Shown one piece after another: positions 25,810 to 37,400 of a DNA stretch of 64,000 nucleotides. Below the pieces are notes generated by a model. That model worked only from the letters and a program-made list of their open reading frames with translations, was not told where the DNA came from and made no database searches. The DNA is taken from positions 223,262,001 through 223,326,000 of the forward strand of contig OZ024742.1 of NCBI GenBank assembly GCA_964016885.1, written 5' to 3'. Made by a program: the position numbers and the translations under genes. The DNA comes from Eledone cirrhosa. Lineage: Eukaryota. Position 1 is the first letter of the stretch, and each line of letters opens with the position of its first letter.

Positions 25810-26233
25810 TAGCTGAATCACAGCTTTTAAAGTGTTAAATGTTGTGTATACATAGCTGATTTCTAGGAATTTTACAAAATGTTCAAGGGATAAAGTTAAT
25901 ATAAAGAGTGATGTGCTCATTCACAGAGATGCTATAAAATAGCTTATAACTAATTTATGACGGTAAGATATGTCTCAATCCATTGGCTTAATGGTTTAAA
26001 ATGCTTCGCCGATACCAGGGAGATATGGGGTTCAATTCCTCTGTGGCAGATGGTAACTTCTTTTCCATCTTTAAGGATCTTCACCCTAGTTTATAAGTCA
26101 TTCTATAGCATCTCCACGCATGAGCACACCATGTTTTATATCAATTATATTCCCTCAGCGTTTCATAAAAGTCCGAGAGATCGGCTATGTATACACAATG
26201 TTTGTTGACATTTAAAAAGCTGTGATTCAGCTA
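25810..26233. mobile_element. Foldback MITE with ~145-bp inverted arms and a tRNA-like spacer
   Basis: TAGCTGAATCACAGCTTTT...AAAAGCTGTGATTCAGCTA, with further arm matches (tgtgtatacatagc, tgtgctcat, gagatgctata). Confidence 0.8.
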
Positions 26234-26461
26234 TCTAATTTAAGATGGTAAGAGTTATGGTCCCGTGGCTTTATATATATGCCATCATCATCATACGTCC
26301 ATGTCCCATGGTATCATGGGTTGGATAAATTGGCATGGTCAGAGGAACACATCTTGTTCATATGTTCCCTTTTTGTCATGGTTTCTACAGCTGGATCTTG
26401 TTCTCAACACTAACCCATGCTAGCGTGGAAAATGGACGTTAAACGAAGATGATGATGATGT

Positions 26462-26620
26462 ATTCCTCGGTTAGTCTAGTAACCAGATGGTTATTTAATT
26501 ATCAAAGCTCTTGTCAAAATGAAGAAGGCAAGAGGGCAAGAATAGTCAGTGAAAAGGTCATATAATGTGTGACAAGAGCTTTGACAATTAAATAACCAAC
26601 CTGTTAATAAACTGAGGAAT
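26462..26620. mobile_element. Small hairpin MITE, ~55-bp arms
   Basis: attcctc..ggttatttaattatcaaagctcttgtca versus tgacaagagctttgacaattaaataacc..gaggaat. Confidence 0.7.
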
Positions 26621-27515
26621 GGATTAGCTACATAACTATATATTCAACTGACATGAAATAACAAAATAAAGCAATTTTAAACCCTCCATACACAAGTATG
26701 AGGCAACAACTGTTAACTGCCTTTGTGAAAAGAGAATGGCATATAAACTGTAAAAGTTAAATTAGTATTGATATAACACTTTCATTGCTGTATTTCTAAT
26801 GAAATATATTACATCATAAATTTGGAGGAATTTAATAATGCAACTGAGCTTTTCATTAGAAAGTTGATATTTAGAACATTACATATGAATAATTTCTAAA
26901 ATATAATTATGATGGAACATTTTATTATAAGGATAAATATTTTAAAATGTGCAGTTTCATAAATCTATGGAAGTTTCAAGTAATTTGGTATCAAAAGGTT
27001 TAATGATGTTTTTGGAACATATATTTCCTACTAGCACCTTTGTCCATATTTTTTCAACTATGGGAGTACTTTAACCAATTTTCTCAAATATTATTTGTAG
27101 CAATTGTTGTCATTTGCATTAGAACAACTGCATTTTAGGCTTGAAAATTTCCTAATGTTTCCTAAGTCAACTAGATGTTCTCACTATGTTTTCAAGTTAA
27201 GGGACATATGTGTCTTGAAAGAGTTAAAATGTGAGATGAAGAAAATTCATTTTAAAACTTTTGATTTGAAATGAACTAAAACCACCCCCATTATTTTCGA
27301 AATTATTTGAAAATTATTGGTTGTGTCTTTCATTAGAAACATGGCAATGAAAAGGTTAACTTTTTTTTTATAAATACAAAACTAAAACAAACTCTAGAAA
27401 GTGAAAATGATAAAAAAAAATCCATACATATATACATATTATATTATATTATACAAAATTTTAAAAATACAAATCTTTCTGTTTTGCAAATGAAATATTC
27501 TATTTTTATAAAGTA

Positions 27516-29599
27516 TCAACATTTTGAGATTTGTAAGATTTTACTTTTCCTGTGGTTAGGAGGCAATTGTTCCAAATGGGTCTGGTCAGATTTTGTTATC
27601 AATGAAGGTTTGAGGGTCTGTGATGCTGGAAAAGCAGAATGATTAGGAGAATATTGATGAGGATAATCAATAACTTGTGTAGATGATGATGCAGGTGGAT
27701 GGAGGTTTCTTTTATCAGGAAGTTTGGAGGGATGTTGTGAAAACTCCATCTGCCTTGACCTGGGGGGAAGAGGAGTTAAATTATGATCCTTTGTGGAGAA
27801 ATCTTTATCATGTACAGTATTGCTGGTTTGGGATACAGAGAAGTCAGAGAAATAAAACCGACCAAGTGGTCCGTAAGTCTGTGGAGTGAATTCTTCAGCA
27901 ATAAGAGGACTTGAAAGGGATTTTTCTTTAAAACAAACTTTTTTTTGTATATGTTTGCCTTCTTGGGGCTCTTGAGAAGTTAGTGAATCTGTTGTGTATG
28001 TAGTGTGATGATCTGGGTCTAAAACAGAAGGATCAGAGGGCCATTTGTCTATACGGTTCTTAGCTGATTTTTGTCTGAAAGAAATAAAGCCAGCATCAGA
28101 ACCTATATTGTCACTGTTGGAATGTATATTATAAGTAGAAAATTGTGGATTACGGCCTGAACTTCCATCTTGGTAATGACCCTTCATTCTTGACTCCAAG
28201 TCCGAAGAAGAAAAAGATTGTGGTGGAACAGTATTTCTAGGAACAGATACTGTATGGAGAACATTTTCTGGGGAGTTTACAGCAGTTTTATCAGACCGAG
28301 TCATGAACGTGGAGTGTTCCAATACAGAATATTCTGGGGAAGAACAGAACTGAAAAGGGTTAGAGCTAAATGTTGAATAGGTTCCACCTAATTGGTAGTT
28401 AGCTTTAGGGAGATCTTGCGAGTGAATAACTACTTTTTGAAAACAGTTTTGTACCTGACTATTGTCTTTGTGTTTCAAATCTTGCTTTTTGTCTCCCCCT
28501 CTTAACTTTAAGTTATTTTCGGTTGAAGATGATAAACTTTTGAATGCAGAATTCTGAGTAGGTCGCAGCTGAGGTTTGGCAGGGATTGGGGGTTTTGCAT
28601 CAGTGATATAATTTTGATCTTTATTAGGAGAGTTTTTGTAAGAATGAAATACAGGAGAAAAACTATTTGAAGAGGTGCTGCATTTATAATATTGTTCACT
28701 TGGTGCATTTCTAGGTAAACTATTAAAGGAAGAAACACCTGAGGAAGGGCTTTTAGAAGATCTGTCTTGTGTATTTAAAGTTTCCTGTTGCAAGATTACA
28801 TTGCTAGATTTATCAGTGTTGCTTTGATGTAATGCAGGGGAATAAGACCCACTGCTTTTAATGGACTCTGAAGCGTAAGTCTTAAACCCTGCTGTAGTAA
28901 TGGTGGTACTGGGACTAATGGAAGAGGGAGAACTCCCTGATGTACTTGGAGTGTGTCTGGCCATTCCTATGGAAGTACACATGGTGGTGTTGCTGCTTAG
29001 AGAATCACATGAAGGACTCGCATGTCTTGAAGAATTAGCTGAATTAGAGGAATAAGAACAATTATCTGGACTAGATTTTGACCTCTGTTGGATCTGTTCA
29101 ATACGGAGCATGTGAGTCTTTTTCTGGGACTGGAAAAAACTGGCTTTCTGAAGTTGTTCTACAGCTTCTCGTTGTGATGCCACATCAGCTAACACTTTCA
29201 GGGCAATATCTTCTGGATTAAGTGAGGAATTTTTTAGACTTTTATTATTTAATTCAGTTTCTTTTTTGCCAACCTTTTTAAATAAAGAATTTGCCGAAGT
29301 GAAAATAGACTTAGCGTTCGAAATAGTTTTGGACACGGGCGTCACGTTGTCGTCCATTTTATTGAATTTTGATGCAAGGGAACTAACTCTAGACTTCCCC
29401 ACTGTACAACCCGGAGACAAACGATCAAATGGTTGTTGGTCTTCAGTGAAATTGGTGCAGGAATTTTCTAGATCATTTTTTAGTTCTTTAGCATCGTTCT
29501 TACACTGATTCCCACTTCCATTTGAAGAGGTATCACATGGACTAAATATATTGACGCTGTTTCCGCTATCTGAATTATTTTCGACTTCTCTGTGGTGTT
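27516..29599 (-). CDS. Large terminal exon of an unidentified gene; ~690 aa Ser/Pro/Asn-rich, probably disordered tail
   Basis: The 634-aa ORF stays open upstream to a ttcttttacAG acceptor (ct at 29600-29601), phase 1. Contains PPIPAKP and PLPPR proline motifs and ends ...LQISKC*. Confidence 0.88.
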
Positions 29600-29649
29600 C
29601 TGTAAAAGAAATAGTAATTATGGCATTAGCAAGACAAATTATATCATCA

Positions 29650-29930
29650 TTATCATATTTCTTTTCTTTGTCATCTTATCTGTGAGGTAAAGAATCATAA
29701 GGTCAGCTTTCACCACTTCTGTCTACATCTTCCTTGGTGATTTTCTGCAGCAGTGTCCTTCCATTTTGATTTCCTGACACTTCTTCACCCAACAATAATT
29801 AAACATGCACATCATGTGTCCTTACCAAGCACAGTCTATGCTACATCTGATTCCTCTAATATCCAGTTTTTCTCTCAATTTCATCTGTTCCTCATTAGTT
29901 ATGCACACTAACATTACACATACAACATTT
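29650..29930 (-). mobile_element. Short RTE LINE 3' fragment
   Basis: Same LGIRG/WxGHxxRM-like sequence as at 19560-19680, with a (TGA)-like tail. Confidence 0.5.
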
Positions 29931-29933
29931 TTA

Positions 29934-30413
29934 TTAACCCCTTTGATACTAAACCAGCTGAAACTGCCCCTGGTTCTATGATACAAAATGATTTATTTCA
30001 AATCTTTATATTTATCTAAACCCCTGCTTAATAAGGAGAAAGTTAGTTTAGTTCCATTACAAAATTCCTTCAAATTCTTGAAAATTATGGTAATTAGAAA
30101 TATGGTAACAAAGGGTTAAATTGTTTGTATTTATATAAAAACCTTTCATCAAAATTTTATGTAAGAACTTTTGTTAAGTTATATTTCAAATATCAACTTA
30201 TATCAAATTATATTACTAAATCCTTCTAAATTCTTAACTATTTAAAAATGATTTGAAAATTATAGGCAGTGTCTTTCATTAGAAATATGACAATGGAAGG
30301 GTTATGCTCCCATACACAGCTTAATAATGAGAAAAGTATTACTAAATCCCCCCAAAATTATTTGAAAATCATAGGCAGTATCTTTCATTAGAAATATGGT
30401 AATGAAAGGTTAA
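29934..30413. mobile_element. TTAA-flanked (piggyBac-like) MITE with its right half tandemly repeated
   Basis: TTAACCCCTTTGATAC...GTAACAAAGGGTTAA, then two more units ending cattagaaatatg..aatg.aagg(g)tta. Related fragments near 13620-13875 and 27180-27360. Confidence 0.6.
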
Positions 30414-30431
30414 GTAAATATTCATATTTAC

Positions 30432-30714
30432 CTGAGTTTTGTTGCAGAGAAAGAGAATTAGTTGTGGAATCTGTGCCAGGTGTACTGTGAATATAAGGTG
30501 ATCCAGGTAGTATATTTGACAGTTCTTCCGGACTACTTGTGGTGCTACTAACAGACAGGCAACTCTCAGAACTAGTAGCAGGACTGTGACAGAGGTAATT
30601 GTTTGCTGGGTACATAGCTTTAATTCTACTTTGATGAGACAGACACAGGGAAGGATCTGGTGGTACAATTTTGGAAGATTTCTGGTGTTTATTCAACTTA
30701 CCCACTAAGCCGCC
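30432..30714 (-). CDS. Internal exon of the - strand gene (GGLVGKLNKHQK...SLSLQQNS)
   Basis: tttctatttatAG acceptor, G|GTaaat donor, phase 0/1; in frame with both neighbours. Confidence 0.85.
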
Positions 30715-30729
30715 CTATAAATAGAAACA

Positions 30730-31710
30730 TTATTATTATTATTAGTCGTCACTGCAGTACCGAGCACGGCTCTGTGTGCCATGAGTTTGCGCAGTGTGGT
30801 TTTTAACAGTGTTGTAGTGAGAGTACTGTTTGTACTAGTGCCTAGTGGTGGTGTTTTTGTATGTTGGTTATATTTCTAAGTCCTGGGGTTTTGGTTATGT
30901 ATTTGTCTCTGTGTTTTTTTATCATTCACAGAGCCCCTATTATAGGTTTTGTTTTTGTCTTCATCATACACATTCAGGTTATTTCAATCTCTATATATTT
31001 GGACAATTTCTCCATTTCCTTGGTAGATATTTAACATCAATTAGAAGACATTTTTCTTTTTGTGGTCTTTGACTGTAATATCCAATTGGTTGACTTTGGT
31101 CTTCCTGTCTGTGTGTATTAGCATATCCAAGAGTATGGTTGCTTTGTCATTCTGACACCTTTTCTTGTATGTTGGCATTTCATAATGTTGGCATAACTTC
31201 CAGTGTATGTAAATACCAACTCATGTCTGTGGATATATTCCTTTTTGGCTAAGACTAGGCAGCCAGAGGCAATGTGGTTAATTCTTTCTTCCCCTCTTCT
31301 ACATATTCTACAGTTACTATGTTCTGCATCATTATCTTGTGTTGTGATTAGAAATCTTTTAGTCTAGTGCTTCGTAGCCAGTTTTGTGTGTTTTGCTTGT
31401 CTACTTCCTCTCTATTCAGTTTTTGTTTTTAATTGGCCTTGTAAGGGTTTTTCTTATCATTTTAGCATGGCATTCTGGAGGTCTCTTTTCAGTTTAGGTT
31501 TTATGTTTTTTATAATTTCTGTTGTTGTTCCGTCCTTGTTTTCATTTCCCTCACAATTATCTGTCAATCCAGCTTCTATTATGAATTTGTTGACTTCATT
31601 TTGTTCGTTTTGTGGCTACTTTTATTAACTTACCTTTGTTCTTCATTAGATATTTTTGTAGCTCTACTGTGTTTTCTTTTACTGAACTCTCAGGTTGAGT
31701 AATAACCTGT
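30730..31710 (-). mobile_element. Decayed R4/Dong-clade (restriction-like endonuclease) non-LTR retrotransposon 3' end
   Basis: CCHC knuckle CRICREGEERINHIASGC..LAKKEYIHRH, then TILxDMxIHTDR..NxxDIxVKD..LLIDV, and a (TAA)n tail at ~30730-30742. Confidence 0.75.
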
Positions 31711-31769
31711 GAGTGGAATTTGATAGATGGAACAGTGCAGAAGCCCATAATATATATATATCTTATCCA

Positions 31770-32130
31770 GCACTGGTTTTCAAATGCCCTGTGTGCCCTA
31801 GGGTGTGCCTTTTGAATGCTGGCTTGAAGTCAGACCAACGAGCAGATGATGGTAAAGTCCTCAAACTTCATTGCAGAGAATCAGTTCCAGTGCAATGTTT
31901 ATCAGAAAATTTGCAAATAAGGTGGTGGATTGAAGTGACATCTGAACATACACAATAAGAAAACCCAAAGTGGAAACAAGAATAAAATGAGACATCATTG
32001 TATTATTTGTGGACAGGTCTTTCACTTTCACAGGCTTTCAGGACTCAAAAGCCATTCGAGATTTCATGCCAGGAAGGAACAGTGCAAGAAGTGGTCAAGC
32101 TTTGTATGGAGCAGACGACTTTCATATATA
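31770..32130 (+). mobile_element. Three degenerate C2H2 zinc-finger units, probably the C-terminal end of an RTE LINE
   Basis: FKCPVCPRVC...GLKSxQRA, FQCxxxxKIC..GGGLK.HL, HCIICGQVF..LSGLKSHSRFH, broken by stops and frameshifts, then a (TA)n tail. Confidence 0.55.
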
Positions 32131-32506
32131 TATATATATACACATGTGTGTGTATATATAGAAAGGTGCATGGTTAAGGTATTGGACTCATGATCGTAAG
32201 TTCATGGGTTCACTTCCTGAACCAGGCAACCTATTGTGTTCTTGAGCAAGACACTTCATTTCATATTATACTAAAAAAGATGAGTACCAGCAGCATCAGC
32301 TGGCAGTTTGCCTTGTGATATGTTAGCATAACATCCCAGGGATAGTCTTGTACTCCCAGTTGATGAGGCAAAGGAATAGCTGTAAGGTGAAGAAGCATGC
32401 TTCACATCTATATGGTCTTGGGTTCTCACCTACTGTGTGACTATCTACCTGTTGTGTGAGATGATAGTAATGAAAGTTTATCTGAGTAATTAAGCTATAT
32501 ATTTAC

Positions 32507-32724
32507 CTGTTGCATGAGATGATATCGATTAAGGTTTCTCTTCTTCTCCATCTCCGCAGGGTTAAATAAGGACTTTTTCTTTGTCCGTGGAGATAATGGA
32601 GGTGTTCCAGCAAAGTTGGACAATATTGAGGTCGATGTTGTTGTGTTGGAACTGTGAGACGATGACAAACTTTCCAGAGAACTGGAACTGTCCAGGGCAA
32701 GACTTTTAGGGGCTTCTTGGGTAT
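32507..32724 (-). CDS. Internal exon of the - strand gene (DTQEAPKSLALDSSSSLESL...PPLSPRTKKKSLFNPAEMEKKRNLNRYHLMQQ)
   Basis: ctttttctctgtAG acceptor, CAG|GTaaat donor, 218 nt, phase 1/0, open frame (not the frame in the ORF track). Confidence 0.85.
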
Positions 32725-33059
32725 CTACAGAGAAAAAGATAATTGCATGAAGCCTGTATGTGTATATATATCAGTGATGTACAGTGGTGTGTATGTGTCA
32801 TTCAAATATTAACATGGTTTAAGATTGACCAGAGAGTTTAAATGTAATAAATAATGTGTATGTATATATATATATAAATATATATATATATACACACACA
32901 CAGTAAGACAATGTCACTGGACCGAGATCTTTGGCGCTACGTAGTAATACAGAAGACCTGCCTTGCCTAAGTACAAAGCGAAACCTACAGTCAGTAGGCA
33001 CCTCCTAACTAAAATACACCCCCGTCCCAACCCTACCGCCATCTACACCACCCTTTTGA

Positions 33060-33525
33060 TGTAAAGCTATGTTGGTACCACAACATCCAGTCCTAAATAA
33101 ATGAGGTTGTGTAGGTGTCACAACAAAAAAACATACAGTCCACGCTGTAATGTGGCCGTGTAGGTAACACGGTAAAAACCTCCCAGTCCACACTGTAAAC
33201 GTGGTTGGTGTTAGGAAGGGCATCAAACCGTAGAAAACCCGCCAGTCCTGAGCAAGACAACCAATCTTGCCTCAAGTGGGACAATTCCCGTCCAGACCCA
33301 TGCTAGCATGGAAAATGGACGTTAAACGATGATGATGATGATATATATTTATATATATATATATATATAGTGCAGCAAGGTATGGCATGGCCAATTCTGG
33401 CCAAACTTGTCTCTTGACATGGACGCCCCATCTAACCCATGCGGGCATGGGAAATGGACGTTAAACAGTAATAATGGTGATGACACACACACACATACAA
33501 ACGGTAATAATGATGATGATGACAC
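33060..33525 (+). mobile_element. Two tandem SINE 3' fragments
   Basis: ggaagggcatc and gcatggaaaatggacgttaaacgatgatg tails. Confidence 0.7.
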
Positions 33526-33562
33526 ACAGACACACATATTTATATATATATATATATATAAT

Positions 33563-33904
33563 GGAGGCACATGGCTTAGTGGTTAGAGCATTGGCCTTGC
33601 AATCGAAAGGAAAGTTCAATTCTCAGACCGGGTGATGCATTGTTTCCTTGAGCAAGACACTTTATTTCACATTGCTCCAGTTTACTCAGCTGTAGAAATG
33701 AGATGATAAGGACTGGGGTCCCTTTCATTCCACTGTAAAGTGGTCGTGGAGGTGCCACGGCAAAAAAGCACCCAGCACTCACTGTAAATGATGTTGGTGT
33801 TAGGAAGGGCATCCAGCTGTAGAAATCAAGCCAGAATCAGTTCCCGTCCCACCCTTGCAAGCAGGGAAAAGCGGACGTAAAATGATGATGATGATGATGA
33901 TGAT
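33563..33904 (+). mobile_element. Full-length SINE, family B
   Basis: tRNA head, central domain, ggaagggcatccagc domain and (ATG)n tail, inserted in (TA)n. Confidence 0.9.
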
Positions 33905-33939
33905 ATATATATATATAGAGAGAGAGATGAGGTACTCAC

Positions 33940-34047
33940 CAAAAACTGCAACAAGAGACTGCAGTGCAAACTGTAGATGTCGTTTAGTAGCTTGCTTTCC
34001 CAGTCGAAGTGTAACGTCATCACGTCCAACATCAATGAGATCAAAAC
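33940..34047 (-). CDS. Internal exon of the - strand gene (xFDLIDVGRDDVTLRLGKQATKRHLQFALQSLVAVF); probably the end of a folded domain
   Basis: gttttttAG acceptor, G|GTgagt donor, 108 nt, phase 1/1; needs further upstream exons. Confidence 0.8.
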
Positions 34048-34469
34048 CTAAAAAACATGTAAGGAATATGTTACAATATTGTTTAGAATAGATTCATCAT
34101 AACACTGTGTGTTGTAGGAGATGACTAAAAGGGTTGATACCAGGAAGGACATCCAGTCATAATAACAGTGCTTCAAAATGACCCCCAAGTGGGCCCGCAA
34201 GGTTAACCCCAGCCTGTGAAGTGTTCTTAAGATGTGATTTGAAGGAAATTTGGTTAACAACAGAGATGTGAGTTAGATGTGAGATGTACTAAGAGTAATA
34301 CTAACACAAATATAAGTTATCAAAATAATAGTAGTAGTAGAGTTAGTATCGATAGTACAAGTTATCTACAGATATAGTAGTAGTAGTCATACTAACAACA
34401 ATAGTAATAGTGAGTACTTTAACAGTAATAATATAGATATAATAAGTTATAATGATATATACTAATATA

Positions 34470-37400
34470 AACATTAGTTACCTAGAGATGTACTAACAAC
34501 AGTAGTACTATAGACATTAGATACCTAGAGATGTACTAACAACAGTGGTAATATAGACATTAGGTACCTAGAGATGTACTAACAACAGTAGTAATATAGA
34601 CATTAGATATCTAGAGATGTACTAACAACAGTAGTAATATAGACATTAGTTACCTAGAGATGTACTAACAACAGTAGTAATATAGACATTAGTTACCTAG
34701 AGATATACTAACAACGGTAGTAATATAGACATTAGTTACCTAGGTATATACTAACAACAGTAGTAATATAGACATTAGTTACCTAGAGATATACGAACAA
34801 CAGTAGTAATATAGACATTAGTTACTTAGGTATATACTAACAACAGTAGTAATATAGACATTAGTTACCTAGGTATATACTAACAACAGTAGTAATATAG
34901 GCATTAGTTACCTAGAGATATACTAACAACAGTAGTAATATAGACATTAGTTACCTAGAGATATACTAACAACAGTAGTAATATAGACATTAGTTACTTA
35001 GGTATATACTAACAACAGTAGTAATATAGACATTAGTTACCTAGGTATATACTAACAACACTAGTAATATAGACATTAGTTACTTAGGTATATACTAACA
35101 ACAGTAGTAATATAGACATTAGCTACCTAGAGATATGCTAACAACAGTAGTAATATAGACATTAGTTACCTAGGTATATACTAACAACAGTAGTAATATA
35201 GACATTAGTTACCTAGAGATATACTAACAACAGTAGTAATATAGACATTAGTTACCTAGGTATATACTAACAACAGTAGTAATATAGACATTAGGTACCT
35301 AGAGATATACTAACAACAGTAGTAATATAGACATTAGGTACCTAGAGGTATACTAACAACAGTAGTAATATAGACATTAGTTACTTAGGTATATACTAAC
35401 AACAGTAGTAATATAGACATTAGCTACCTAGAGATATACTAACAACAGTAGTAATATAGACATTAGTTACCTAGGTATATACTAACAACAGTAGTAATAT
35501 AGACATTAGTTACCTAGAGATATACTAACAACAGTAGTAATATAGACATTAGGTACCTAGGTATATACTAACAACAGTAGTAATATAGACATTAGGTACC
35601 TAGGTATATACTAACAACAGTAGTAATATAGACATTAGTTACCTAGGTATATACTAACAACAGTAGTAATATAGACATTAGGTACCTAGGGATATACTAA
35701 CAACAGTAGTAATATAGACATTAGTTACCTAGGTATATACTAACAACACTAGTAATATAGACATTAGTTACCTAGAGATATACTAACAACAGTAGTAATA
35801 TAGACATTAGTTACCTAGGTATATACTAACAACAGTAGTAATATAGACATTAGTTACCTAGAGATATACTAACAACAGTAGTAATATAGACATTAGTTAC
35901 CTAGAGATATACTAACAACAGTAGTAATATAGACATTAGTTACCTAGGTATATACTAACAACAGTAGTAATATAGACATTAGTTACCTAGGTATATACTA
36001 ACAACAGTAGTAATATAGACATTAGTTACCTAGGTATATAATAACAACAGTAGTAATATAGACATTAGTTACCTAGGTATATACTAACAACAGTAGTAAT
36101 ATAGACATTAGTTACCTAGGTATATACTAACAACAGTAGTAATATAGACATTAGGTACCTAGAGATATACTAACAACAGTAGTAATATAGACATTAGGTA
36201 CCTAGGTATATACTAACAACAGTAGTAATATAGACATTAGTTACCTAGAGATATACTAACAACAGTAGTAATATAGACATCAGTTACCTAGGTATATACT
36301 AACAACAGTAGTAATATAGACATTAGGTACCTAGGTATATACTAACAACAGTAGTAATATAGACATAAGTTACCTAGAGATATACTAACAACAGTAGTAA
36401 TATAGACATCAGTTACCTAGGTATATACTAACAACAGTAGTAATATAGACATTAGTTACCTAGAGATATACTAACAACAGTAGTAATATAGACATCAGTT
36501 ACCTAGGTATATACTAACAACAGTAGTAATATAGATATTAGGTACCTAGGTATATACTAACAACAGTAGTAATATAGACATAAGTTACCTAGAGATATAC
36601 TAACAACAGTAGTAATATAGACATCAGTTACCTAGGTATATACTAACAACAGTAGTAATATAGACATTAGGTACCTAGGTATATACTAACAACAGTAGTA
36701 ATATAGACATTAGTTACCTAGGTATATACTAACAACAGTAGTAATATAGACATTAGTTACCTAGAGATATACTAACGACAGTAGTAATATAGACATTAGT
36801 TACCTAGAGATATACTAACAACAGAAGTAATATAGACATCAGTTACCTAGGTATATACTAACAACAGTAGTAATATAGAGATTAGGTACCTAGAGATATA
36901 CTAACAACAGTAGTAATATAGACATTAGTTACCTAGAGATATACTAACAACAGTAGTAATATAGACATTAGTTACCTAGGTATATACTAACAACAGTAGT
37001 AATATAGACATTAGGTACCTAGAGATATACTAACAACAGTAGTAATATAGACATTATGTACCTAGAGGTATACTAACAACAGTAGTAATATAGACATTAG
37101 TTACCTAGGTATATACTAACAACAGTAGTAATATAGACATTAGTTACCTAGAGATATACTAACAACAGTAGTAATATAGACATTAGTTACCTAGAGATAT
37201 ACTAACAACAGTAGTAATATAGACATTAGTTACCTAGGGATATACTAACAACAGTAGTAATATAGACATTAGTTACCTAGGTATATACTAACAACAGTAG
37301 TAATATAGACATTAGGTACCTAGGTATATACTAACAACAGTAGTAATATAGACATTAGTTACATAGGTATATACTAACAACAGTAGTAATATAGACATTA

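Noticed and set aside
25980-26050. Functional tRNA gene (also the SINE heads)
   Set aside because: A/B boxes are present but I could not fold a convincing cloverleaf; it is embedded in repeats.
33826-34044. ORF-track frame (ISLMLDVMTLHFDW...) for the 33940-34047 exon
   Set aside because: Phase is incompatible with the next exon; the phase-1 frame gives a continuous ORF.
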